From NCBI GenBank assembly GCA_002269645.1, contig NIVC01000618.1, positions 248,001 to 312,000 of the forward strand: a stretch of DNA of 64,000 nucleotides. Direction: 5' to 3'. The position numbers and the translations under genes are program-made. Numbering within the stretch: the stretch's first letter is position 1; every line of letters begins with the position of its first letter. The notes beneath the pieces were generated by a model. The model had not been told where the DNA came from and did no database searches. It saw only the letters and a program-made list of their open reading frames with translations. Below are positions 24,401 to 36,518 of the stretch, one piece after another. This DNA comes from Macrostomum lignano (Eukaryota).

Positions 24401-26787
24401 GAAAATGGCAACTCTATTCTGATTAGTGGCATCTCAGTTGTGAAAATGGCAACTCTTTTCTGATTAGTGGCACGTCAGGGTTAATGCACAAGCCTAAATA
24501 TGATACATACTACTGAGTTTACTCACCTGAAAATTCAACACTTCGCCGTATCGATCAAACTCCTCACTAGCGGAGCCGGTCGCCGCAGCCGCACCGTCAG
24601 CGTCGCCATTAGCAACGACACTGGAAGCGTTGCCATTGGTTCCGGCCTCGGCATCGGCGGGCGTAATGCCGAGAGCTTCGTCTTCTTCACGGGTGCGCTG
24701 GAAGCGTCGGACGGTCAGGCAGGGATCGGCGGCCGGGGCGGACGGGTTTTCTAAGAAACTGTTGCCGCTGGGATCGCGCAGGACAAGAGTGAAGCTGGGG
24801 CTGGCCGGGCGGGAGAGAAAAGGATAAGTAAGTAGATATACAGTCAGGTAGATGTGTGAACAGACAGGATAATTGTTTACAGACAGCTAGTAGATGAGTG
24901 AACAGATAGTCAGTGTGAACAGACGGTCAGATGCATGAACAGACCCGTAGATGCCTGAGCAGACGGTCAGATTAGTGAGCAGACGGTCAGATGTGTGAAT
25001 AGACAGTCAGATATGTGAACAGACGGTCCGATGTGTGAACAGACGGTCAAGTGTGTGAACAGACGGTCAAATGCGTGAATAGACGGTCAGATGTGTGAAC
25101 AGAAATGTAGATTGTGAACAGACGGTCAGATGTGTTAACAGACGGTCAGATGTGTGAACAGAAAGGTAGATTGTGAACAGACAGGTAGATTGTGAACAGA
25201 TTTGACAGGTAGATTGTGAACAGACGGTCAGATGTGTGAACAGACGGTCAGATGTGTGAACAGAAAGGTAGATTGTGAACAGACAGGATAATTGTTTACA
25301 GACAGCTAGTAGATGAGTGAACAGATAGTCAGTGTGAACAGACGGTCAGATGCATGAACAGACCCGCAGATGCCTGAGCAGACGGTCAGATTAGTGAGCA
25401 GACGGTCAGATGTGTGAATAGACAGTCAGATATGTGAACAGACGGTCCGATGTGTGAACAGACGGTCAAGTGTGTGAACAGACGGTCAAATGCGTGAATA
25501 GACGGTCAGATGTGTGAACAGAAATGTAGATTGTGAACAGACGGTCAGATGTGTTAACAGACGGTCAGATGTGTGAACAGAAAGGTAGATTGTGAACAGA
25601 CAGGTAGATTGTGAACAGATTTGACAGGTAGATTGTGAACAGACGGTCAGATGTGTGAACAGACGGTCAGATGTGTGAACAGAAAGGTAGATTGTGAACA
25701 GACTGGTAGATTGTGAACAGACAGGTAGATTGTGAACAGATGTGACAGGTATATTGTAAACAGACAGGTAGATTGTGAACAGACAGGTAGATTGTGAACA
25801 GACGGTCAGATGTATGAACAGACGGTCAGATGTGTGAACAGACGGTCAGATGTGTGAACAGACGGTCAGATGTGTGAACAGAAAGGTAGATTGTGAACAG
25901 ACAGGTAGATTGTGAACAGATGTGACAGGTATATTGTGAACAGACAGGTAGATTGTGAACAGACAGGTAGATAGTGAACAGACAGGTAGATTGTGAACAG
26001 ACGGTCAGATGTATGAACAGACGGTCAGATGTGTGAACAGAAAGGTAGATTGTGAACAGATGTGACAGGTAGATTGTGAACAGACAGTTAGATGTGTGAA
26101 CAGACAGGTAGATTTTGAGCAGACGGTCAGACGTGTGAACAGACAGGTAGATTGTGAACAGACGGTCAGATGTGTAAACAGACGGTCAGATGTGTAAACA
26201 GACGGTCAGATGTGTGAACAGACGGTCAGATGTGTGACAGGTAGATTGTGAACAGACAGCTCCCAGACTCACTTCTCAGCCTCGATCATACCCTGCATTT
26301 TGTTAATAAAAGCTGCCAGCCGATCAACTCCGTCGGGACCCGCGGAGGTGGCCGCGGAGGCCAGGGCGGAGCGCAGGTTGTCCAGCACGTCAGTCAGTGC
26401 GCCCTCCACCGTGCTGACCGAGGCCTCACTGCCGGGGAAAACCGAATCGAGCTCGGGCAGGCGAATCTCCGAGCCGGGCGCCCGGACCAGTTTCCGATTG
26501 AGATCGCTCGGCTTGCTGACTCGGAGCTTGAACTCGACTCCGTCGTCTTGGATTCGTTCCGCGTGGTCGGTGCTGCGGCTCTGGTGGCCGCAGTCAGGAC
26601 AATCAAAGCTGGACACGACGACCTCTTTGAAATAGGGAATGCGAGTGAGCAGCAGCTTGGTGACGCCCTGGCTGTGGCAGTTCATGCATAGCGACTGCAT
26701 CTCCGTCACCTGCAGTTCGTCTGGGTCCAGGCCGGGAAACAGCGGCTGCTGCGCCTGGGCATCGGCGCGCTCGGCGAGGTCGCTCAT
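21473..26787 (-). CDS. ZPR1: Zinc finger protein ZPR1, 468 aa; exons 26787-26273, 24800-24527, 22380-22064, 21773-21473
   Basis: Two CxxC..IPYFKEV..CxxC modules; two LxDPxGNS(F/Y)xxNP/L motifs; all junctions GT-AG with matching phases; total 1407 nt. Confidence 0.95.
22520..23490. repeat. About 20-28-bp minisatellite (cactaatcactgatgtgtgcctcact), ZPR1 intron 2
   Basis: Visible. Confidence 0.9.
24038..24472. repeat. 41-bp minisatellite (ggcaactctattctgattagtggcatctcagatatgaaaat), ZPR1 intron 2
   Basis: Period of 41 (24038, 24079, ...). Confidence 0.9.
24840..26258. repeat. About 20-bp minisatellite (gaacagacggtcagatgtgt), ZPR1 intron 1, with an internal duplication of about 419 bp
   Basis: Visible; the block at 24861 recurs at 25280. 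Confidence 0.9.
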
Positions 26788-26823
26788 GATGGCTCAGCGC
26801 TGAAATTAGCGGTGGTACTCGGT

Positions 26824-26860
26824 GACGGACAGGCAAGTAGGCAGAAAGACAGACACAGAA

Positions 26861-26919
<59 letters not shown>

Positions 26920-27076
26920 AAGACAGACAGACAGAGAGATAGACACTATGACAGACAGACAGACAGACAGACAAAAAGACAGACAGACAGACAGAGAGAT
27001 AGACACTATGACAGACAGACAGACAGACAGACAGAGAGATAGACACTATGACAGACAGACAGACAGACAGACAGAA

Positions 27077-27125
<49 letters not shown>
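26824..27125. repeat. (GACA)n microsatellite upstream of ZPR1
   Basis: Visible. Confidence 0.9.
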
Positions 27126-27127
<2 letters not shown>

Positions 27128-27892
27128 GGCAGAAACGACAAAACAGACACCCAGAAACTAACACCAGCAACGTCAAAGTCAGCAAAGTATATTATATAAT
27201 AAAATCAATGGCTCATCGGTCCCGTTGTCATGACAACAAGGTGAGAACGGGCCAGCGCTTCATATTGTATAAAAGCATATTTTCGCAATTCAATCGTGTG
27301 TTGTCAGCGCGAGCGGTTTAATTTCCAAAAAGCAAAAAACACAAAACAGCAAATTTTGCAGAGCAGACAGCTGGCGCGTATCCAGCGATAGCGAGCAAAA
27401 TTCGAAATTTATCTTCAAGCCTCGGCGGCAAAAGTACATGCACAGTCATAAATAAAAGTACAGTAAGATTGACAAAAATTGCGAAATTTAGGTAAACCTA
27501 AAATGACATAATAAAAGACTTAAATTAACAAAAACATGCCATCCAAACTGATAGGCAATAAAAGCGTCAATGTTACAAACTAAACGCAAGCTAGCACAAT
27601 AAATGATTATAGATAATATAAATATAGCACACGAATTCATGCAATAAACTGATATTTTTTCATACAAAACAAAAAACTAAAAGACAGTGTTGCAAAATTG
27701 CGGGTCAGACTATAGAAAATCATTCAGCTGGCATCGATTTCGTTCAAGATGCAGAGTCGGATTTCGAACCAGTTGAGCTAATTGCGATCTGAAACCAATT
27801 TTAAACGGTGCATTGATTGAGTTTGAGCTTGAATCCTGCATTACATTATTGTCTTCATAATCAGATTAATTTAGTAACGCGACTTTTCGACT

Positions 27893-29110
27893 TCCCACAC
27901 TGATCCCATCCCACTCTGATCCCATCCCACACTGATGCCATCCCACACTGATCCTATCCCACACTGATACCATCCCACACTGATGCCATCCCACTCTGAT
28001 CCCATCCCACACTGATGCCATCCCACTCTGATCCCATCCCACACTGATGCCATCCCACTCTGATGCCATCCCACACTGATGCCATCCCACTCTGATCCCA
28101 TCCCACACTGATCCCATCCCACACTGATACCATCCCACACGGATGCCATCCCACTCTGATCCCATCCCACACTGATCCCATCCCACACTGATCCCATCCC
28201 GCACTGATCCCATCCCACACTGATCCCATCCCATTCTGATCCCATCCCACTCTGATCCCATCCCACACTGATGCCATCCCACACTGATGCCATCCCACAC
28301 TGATCCTATCCCACACTGATACCATCCCACACTGATGCCATCCCACTCTGATCCCATCCCACACTGATCCCATCCCACACTGATACCATCCCACACGGAT
28401 GCCATCCCACTCTGATCCCATCCCACACTGATGCCATCCCACTCTGATCCCATCCCACTCTGATCCCATCCCACACTGATCCCATCCCACTCTGATCCCA
28501 TCCCACACTGATCCCATCCCACTCTGATCCCACCCCACACTGATCCCATCTCACACTGATCCCATCTCACACTGATCCCATCCCACACTGGTCCCATCCC
28601 ATACTGATCCCATGCCATACTGATCCCATCCCACACTGATCCTATCCCACACTGATCCTATCCCACACTGATCCCATCCCACACTGATCCCATCCCACAC
28701 TGATCCCATCTTACACTGATCCCATCCCACACTGATCCCATCCCACACTGATCCCATCCCACACTGATCCTATCCCACTCTGATCCTTTCCCACTCTGAT
28801 CCCATCTCACACCGATCCCATCCCACACTGATCCCATCTTACACTGATCCCATCCCACACTGATCCCATCCCACACTGATCCCATCCCACACTGATCCTA
28901 TCTCACACTGGTCCCATCCCATACTGATCCCATCCCATACTGATCCTATCCCACACTGATCCCATCCCACACTGATCCTATCCCACACTGATCCCATCCC
29001 ACACTGATCCCATCCCACACTGATCCTATCTCACACTGGTCTCATCCCATACTGATCCCATCCCATACTGATCCTATCCCACACTGATCCCATCCCTCAC
29101 TGATCCCATG
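27893..29110. repeat. 16-bp minisatellite (tgatcccatcccacac)
   Basis: Visible; ORFs repeat every 16 aa (3 units). Confidence 0.95.
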
Positions 29111-29187
29111 CCACACTCGGACACCAGACTCACCGTGACATTAAAAGACTCCATTATTCTCCAGCATCAAAGCATCAGCATCAGACA

Positions 29188-29850
29188 TCAGGAGTTGCCG
29201 CCCTCAGCAGGAGGAGTGGCAGTAGCAGCGGCGGCGGCGGTCTTCCTAACGGAGTGCACTTCCTCGCTGATGGCCTCTAAAGCGGCCATGGTTTCCTGGT
29301 AAACCCGCTTGCAGATGCGCCGCTTCTCTTCTAGCGTGTCCACCCGGGCCTTCTGCTCTTCTAGCAGGCGGCGCTGCCGCTCGCAAGCGTCGAAATACGG
29401 CTTGGCCCGACGGGCCACCGAGGCGCGCACCGATCGTTCAAGTCGGGCCGCGGCGGCTTCGAGCTCGTGGCATCGTCTAGCCAGGCGCTGATGCTCGGCC
29501 GAGGATGTTGGCGAGGCTTGGCGCAGAAATCTAGCCGCGGCGGCTCGCGCCTCCAACTGGGTCAGCTGGCAACGCCGCCTGGCTTCGTAGGCCGGCCGGG
29601 CCGCTTCGATACAGCTTGGACCGGCCGCTACACGGGCCGCCGTCATGGCCTCCAGGCCGGCCGATTGGCGGCGCCGGAACTCGGCGCGGGCCTCGGTCAG
29701 GTCGGTCTCGGCCGAGTTCAGCTGCTGGGCGGACAAGTTCAACCGTTCGAGCTCGGCGGACACGCGAGAGGATAATGAAGAAACAGACGGGGTCGGCGAG
29801 TGCAGCGAAGGCGACGGCAGAGCAGGGGATGTCGGAGCGGAGGCTGGCAT
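29188..29850 (-). CDS. SH3BP5: SH3BP5/Parcas/REI-family coiled-coil protein (putative Rab11 GEF), 220 aa, single exon
   Basis: RVSAELERLNLS..LNSAETDL; ARPAYEARR; AKPYFD; YQETMAALEAISEEVH match family hallmarks. Confidence 0.8.
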   Translation of the reverse strand: MPASAPTSPALPSPSLHSPTPSVSSLSSRVSAELERLNLSAQQLNSAETDLTEARAEFRRRQSAGLEAMTAARVAAGPSCIEAARPAYEARRRCQLTQLEARAAAARFLRQASPTSSAEHQRLARRCHELEAAAARLERSVRASVARRAKPYFDACERQRRLLEEQKARVDTLEEKRRICKRVYQETMAALEAISEEVHSVRKTAAAAATATPPAEGGNS

Positions 29851-30027
29851 GGCGTCTGTCTGGTCTGCTCAGGCCTCGTGGGCTCGCTGTGTCTCCTCTG
29901 GTATGGCTTATTGATGCTGCAATGTTGCATAGTGAAACTGAGATTCCAACTCCCGCCCTGTGCAACAAATATAGCTTGAAATCTCTGTCCTAAATGAAGA
30001 CTTGCCCGATTTAAATGGGGATTTTTC

Positions 30028-30475
30028 CGAAATCTCAACCCTATCAAATGCAGACTGTCCAAAATCTCAACCCTATCAAATGCAGACTGTCCAAAATCTC
30101 AACCCTATCAAATGCAGACTGTCCAAAATCTCAACCCTATCAAATGCAGACTGTCCGAAATCTCAACCCTATCAAATGCAGACTGTCCAAAATCTCAACC
30201 CTATCAAATGCAGACTGTCCGAAATCTCAACCCTATCAAATGCAGACTGTCCGAAATCTCAACCCTATCAAATGCAGACTGTCCAAAATCTCAACCCTAT
30301 CAAATGCAGACTGTCCAAAATCTCAACCCTATCAAATGCAGACTGTCCAAAATCTCAACCCTATCAAATGCAGACTGTCCAAAATTTCAACCCTATCAAA
30401 TGGGGACTGTCTGAAATCTCACCCCTATGAGATAGACCGTCCGAAATCTCAACCCTATAAAGTGCAGACTGTTTG
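30028..30475. repeat. 32-bp minisatellite (aaatctcaaccctatcaaatgcagactgtcca)
   Basis: Visible. Confidence 0.9.
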
Positions 30476-31162
30476 AAATCTCACCGCTTTTGATAGACTG
30501 TCCGAGCGCCGAAATCTCGCCCCTACGACTGAGACAGACTGTCCGAAAGGAAAGTTTTACCCCTATGGGATAGAGGCTGTCTGAACTCTTAAACCTCTCA
30601 AATGATAAAATCAATGAGAAACCTAACTCAAACATGGCTAGGTTAGCAACAATGTTATAACAGTCTTTCTTAAAAAAAGTTAGTCCTTCTATATCAAATA
30701 GAATTAAGAGCTAAAAAGTCTTTAGTTTAAACTATAATGCAACAATAAATAGTTGTTTCATATAATCTATATGAAGAGCGCCGTGTTGCAGAAGAGCCAG
30801 ACAAACAGAAAATTAATGTGCTAATGCCAGGTAGTTAAATAAAACTTGGCAAAGTAAAGTTAAACAGGATAATAATATTACTATAGTAGGATTAACATTT
30901 TCGTTGCTTATAGTAAAATAATTATAAAGAAAAATCTAGCTTCTTTCGCATACTACTAACGAAAACTAACAAAAAAACAGTAGTAAAGATCATAATAGAG
31001 ATCTAGAGCTGTGTTAGCAAACTAACTGTAAAGTGCATACTTTTATATACTACTAATTTAAGCCAGTACTAACAGTAGTGTTAACTTGCTATCTCATAAA
31101 AGTAAAGATCTAAATTTCTTTTGAATCCAGTACTTTCAGTAATAATTATAAATTCTAATAAA

Positions 31163-33377
31163 TCAAGGCTCGAAGCAGAACGCCAAGCCCAGCTGGTGGC
31201 CACCGCCGCCAAGATTTTTACAATCCAAATTGCTGCTCATTGTCACGCGGAAGCCGTCGCGCACCTGGAAACTGTAGGACGAGCCCAACAGGCTGCGATT
31301 GTTTAGGCGCAGTTTAAAAGCGCTACCATCGTTTAATCGGTACTTGGCCGCTACGCCCAGATCCGCGGCGTGGCTGGAGCCTGAGTAGCACAGCTTCAGG
31401 CCCGCCTCCAGGCCACGAGACAGGCGGTGATAAGCTGAAGCGCAATAGTTGCTGCTGTTCTCAACTCCAGCGTACAGGGACAGGTCCTTCACCTGCGTGT
31501 AGGTGTGGTTTGAGCAGCAATTGACTTTCTATTCTAATTTGTTTCTATTTTTATTAGGGATGTCTCTGTACTTCAGGAACGAGTTGGTAGCTTCAGATGC
31601 ATCTCTGTACTTCAGGGAGAGGTTGGATGATAGCTTCAGATGCATCTCTGTACTTCAGGGAGAGGTTGGATGATAGCTTCAGATGCATCTCTGTACTTCA
31701 GGGAGAGGTTGGATGATAGCTTCAGATGCATCTCTGTACTTCAGGGATGGGTTGGTAGCTTCAGATGCATCTCTGTACTTCAGGGATGGGTTGGATGATA
31801 GCTTCAGATGCATCTCTGTACTTCAGGGATGGGTTGGTAGCTTCAGATGCATCTCTGTACTTCAGGGAGAGGTTGGATGATAGCTTCAGTTGCATCTCTG
31901 TACTTCAGGGAGAGGTTGGATGATAGCTTCAGATGCATCTCTGTACTTCAGGGATGGGTTGGTAGCTTCAGATGCATCTCTGTACTTCAGGGATGGGTTG
32001 GATGATAGCTTCAGATGCATCTCTGTACTTCAGGGATGGGTTGGATGATAGCTTCAGATGCATCTCTGTACTTCAGGGATGGGTTGGATGATAGCTTCAG
32101 ATGCATCTCTGTACTTCAGGGATGGGTTGGATGATAGCTTCAGATGCATCTCTGTACTTCAGGGATGGGTTGGATGATAGCTTCAGATGCATCTCTGTAC
32201 TTCAGGGATGGGTTGGATGATAGCTTCAGATGCATCTCTGTACTTCAGGGATGGGTTGGTAGCTTCAGATGCATCTCTGTACTTCATGGATAGGTTGGAT
32301 GATAGCTTCAGATGCATCTCTGTACTTCATGGATAGGTTGGATGATAGCTTCAGATGCATCTCTGTACTTCATGGATAGGTTGGATGATAGCTTCAGATG
32401 CATCTCTGTACTTCAGGGATGGGTTGGATGATAGCTTCAGATGCATCTCTGTACTTCAGGGATGGGTTGGATGATAGCTTCAGATGCATCTCTGTACTTC
32501 AGGGATGGGTTGGTAGCTTCAGTCTTCAGATGCATCTCTGTACTTCATGGATAGGTTGGATGATAGCTTCAGATGCATCTCTGTACTTCATGGATAGGTT
32601 GGATGATAGCTTCAGATGCATCTCTGTACTTCAGGGATGGGTTGGATGATAGCTTCAGATGCATCTCTGTACTTCAGGGATGGGTTGGTAGCTTCAGATG
32701 CATCTCTGTACTTCATGGATAGGTTGGATGATAGCTTCAGATGCATCCCTGAGGTATTTCAGGGAGAGAAATTACTAGTAATATTCAGAGGGGTTGGACA
32801 CCCCAGAGAATCAGTATTCAAGGAGGGTTCGGCAGCTTCAGGAGATGACTCAGACCTGAAAAGCCGCACCGTAGCTAAGTTTGGTCAGTTTCTGTCTTTC
32901 AGTATCGAATCCAACGCTGGCACCGGCGAAGAAGTTCTGATAGCCGAACACAGCGCTAGACAGTACGGTGGGAAAATTAGTCTTAAACTCCAAATCCAGC
33001 GCAGTGTTCACATTGGCCCGTTTAAATCCTGTTTTAACTTTGGCGCTACGTTTCCCCGTGTTGGGCTCAAAATTAATCTCGAATGAATTCTTTAGACCCT
33101 TAGCTAAGCGGTCTTCGATGGCAACCTCCGCTGTAATGGCATTACTGGTTTTCCATTTATTAGTCAGGGTGATGCCGTAGTCTCTAAACGATCGCTTAAC
33201 TTCAACATCCGCAGCCGCCCGGCCAGTTTCCATATCGTGCGAGCCGCTAGACTTGAATTCGGAGTCCAACAGCTGGGCTTTGGTTTTTAGCTCGGCTTTG
33301 ACTGAGCCAAAATTGAAGTCTTTATTGTAGAGATCGTTGGCATCTTTGCTGAGATCGCTGAAGCTTGGAGGAGCCAT
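31163..33377 (-). CDS. VDAC: Mitochondrial porin VDAC, 283 aa; exons 33377-32856 and 31492-31163
   Basis: MAPPSFSDLSKDANDLYNKDF; YGITLTNKWKT; PNTGKRSAKVK; NLGGGGHQLGL; phase-0 GT-AG intron; canonical length. Confidence 0.95.
31557..32747. repeat. 43/39-bp minisatellite (gcttcagatgcatctctgtacttcagggatgggttggatgata), VDAC intron
   Basis: Period of 43 with 39-bp variants. Confidence 0.95.
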
Positions 33378-35458
33378 CTCAAGGCTTTAAAGTGCAAGGC
33401 TTGCTGATAGAGAGAAAGGAGTAAATGCTTTCTTTAACACGTCACTGGCTGCAATGGTTGGCAATAATCGATAAATAATGCAATGACAATCTGACTGACA
33501 CTCTGCACAAGATAATCTCTAAATTACAATAGAAAATGTCATCAATAATGCCTGTACCCTGTGTATGCTTGGTCATGTTCAATGGATTAATAATTTTTGC
33601 TGGGATCCTGGGATTTTTGGCTTATGAGAGTAAGATTGGGATTTGTATTTAATGTATAAGTATATAGAAAAGTGAGATAGGATCCTAATTGTTTCTGTGG
33701 TCTAGATCCCTATGCATCTCCACAATAAACTAAAATATATTCAACTAATCCAGCTGGCAAAAATCATGGTAGACTGGCTAGACCAAGGGTAAATTGTAAA
33801 ATTGATTTTTTTCTTCACAGTTTTGTCTTTTTGTTTGATTATGGCTATGAATTGAAGATGTTTTACTTTGTTATCTCATTTGCTTGAATAAAATACACCT
33901 TTAAAAAGTGGTCAAGGAATAAAAAATTTACAAATAATGTTTACCTAAATTTCTACACTTTTGTTATATGTTTTCCCAATATGGCACTATTGATCAATTT
34001 TGTAAAAAGTTTGTTTTAAAAACTTTCAAAATATTTTTATCCTACTAATTTCTATGACAAAGATTTTTTTGGCTTTTTATATATAATACAACAAAAATAG
34101 CTAAAACATTTGCAAAAATACCCACAAAAGTTAGGCCTAGTCTTAGGCCTTAAATATATAAGGGGACTGTAGCTATGATATGGCTATAAAAACTTAAGAT
34201 ATAGGTTTTGAGAAAAACATATAAATATGGCTATGGCCATTTAATACTTAAAAGACTTGAGATTTAAAAGCAAGCAACAATAATGTTTGATGGCATATAT
34301 ATAATATAGTTGGGATGACAATTGCTTAAGTTAAGATAAAGCTAATAAAGAAACCATTTAGCATTTGCCACCATTAAAGAAGGCTAGACTACAAATAATT
34401 TAGGGCCTTTTGCTACCTAATCTTTTTGGGAACCAACTGATAAACTGATCTACTGATCACATTATTCTCAAAAAATATATTGATAAGCATTGGAGATTTC
34501 ATTATTTTTGTTACTTTAAGATTACTAGAAAAAAGCGAAGAAAAAGAAGTGAAAAGGGGAGAAAAAAGGGAGAATGAAAAGGCAAAGAAAGAAAAGAGGG
34601 AAGAGAATGGAGAAGAGGAAGAGAGAAAAAAGATAAAATAAGAGAAGAAAAGTGAAAAAGAAAGATAAGAGAGAAAAAGAGGAAAGGGAAAAGGGAAAAG
34701 AAAAAAGGAAAAGAGACTACAATAGAAAAGAGAAAAAAAGAAAAAAAGAAAAAAAAGAAAAAGGAAACAAAATAATAGAAAAAGAGAACAAAATAGTTAG
34801 AAATAAATTGATAAGCATTGAATGACATAGGCCTAGATGTATTCTACACTAACAACAAAATACTATTCCTAGCTATGTTCTTACAATTATAATAGTTCCC
34901 AATAAAGGTCCTAAAAGGCCCTTTCAATCTATAATATACAAGGCCTAAGTATTGCTAGCTGGTAGCACTTTGCTAGGCTCTCTTATTATTATAGCAAAAA
35001 ACTTATAGGAAGTATTACTAACTAAAAGAATTATTGGCTATAAATATTGGTCACAGATAGGTCTAAGACTATAAGAAAAAATATAAAATATGGCTATAGA
35101 TACAAAAATAAATAAATTTAGTTAATGATAAAATTCTATTGTTTTTTTCTATAGGCCTAACTATTAATAAAGCCAAAGCCCTAGGCCTATGCTATGGTTA
35201 TAAAAGGTATAATTATAAAAAATTCTCTATGAAATAAAAAGTAGGCCTATTTTTATCTTTTCATATTTATATTTGCTTTTATATAGGCCTAATTTAAGTA
35301 GGCCTAATACAATAGCTAGAGTTCTAGCATTTGAGCACCAGAACCTATTTTCTAATGACTAGGCCTATGCCAGCAGTCTTCTATATAAAGGCCTAAGCAG
35401 TTATCTACTAATGAAGTTCATATCATTATCTACATGTACTAATGAAGTTTATATCATT

Positions 35459-36436
35459 ACAAGCTGTTGAAACCCGCGGATTTTGAACCCGGGGAATTCC
35501 AATCCCCGGAACTACTTTTGCATGTATTCTGAAATCTAAGGTCATACACAAACAAAAACTTGTTAGTAGTTAGTAGGATAGAGGTAGACATAAAATGGAC
35601 ACATTCGTGTAAAATTAGGATTTGAAGCTAACATTGATATTGTTGGCTGGGGTACTTCACAGAATGTCAGGCAATGTCTGTCTGACTCTAAAACATGTAT
35701 TGGCAAACTCTGGCCTCTCCCTGACTCTCCCTATGTCCCTTGGATCCTTTAAAATTTCTATCGTCTCTTCTGTTTCCTCTCTTCTCTCTCGTCCCTAGTC
35801 TCTCCTCTCTCTTCTCTCCTCTCTTCTCTCATATCTTCCCCCATCTCTCTTCTCTTTCATCTCTCTTATCTCTTGTCTCTTCTCTCTTCTCTCCTCTCTC
35901 CTGTCTCCTCTCTACTTTTCGTTTTCTCTCTCCTCTCCTCTCTCCTCTCTACTCTTTCGTCTTCTCTCTCCTCTCCTCTCTCCTATCTTCTTTCGTATCT
36001 TCCCTCATCTCTCTTCTCTTTCATATCTCTTATCTCATCTTTTCCCTTTTCTTTTCTCTCTCCTCTCCTCTCTCCTCTCTACTTTTTCGTTTTCTCTCTT
36101 CTTCTCTCTCTCCTCTCTCCCCCTCTTCTCTCGTCTCTTCCTTCTCCTCTCTATTCTTTTCTCTCTTCTCTTAACTCTCTCCTCTCTCCTCTCTCCTCTT
36201 TCCTCTCTCTCTCCTCTCTCCCCTCTTCTCTCGTCTCTTCTCTCACCTCTTTCCTCTCTCTCTTTCCTCTCATCTCTTTTCTTGTTTTATCTCTTCTCTC
36301 TCCCCTCGTCACTCGTCTCTTCCCTAACCTCTCTTCTCTCTTGTCTGCGTTTTTATCTCTCCTTTCTCTTTTTTTATCTTTTCTCTCTTATCTCTTCTCA
36401 TTTCTCTCTGCTCTGCGCTCTCTCTCTCTCTCTCTC

Positions 36437-36518
<82 letters not shown>

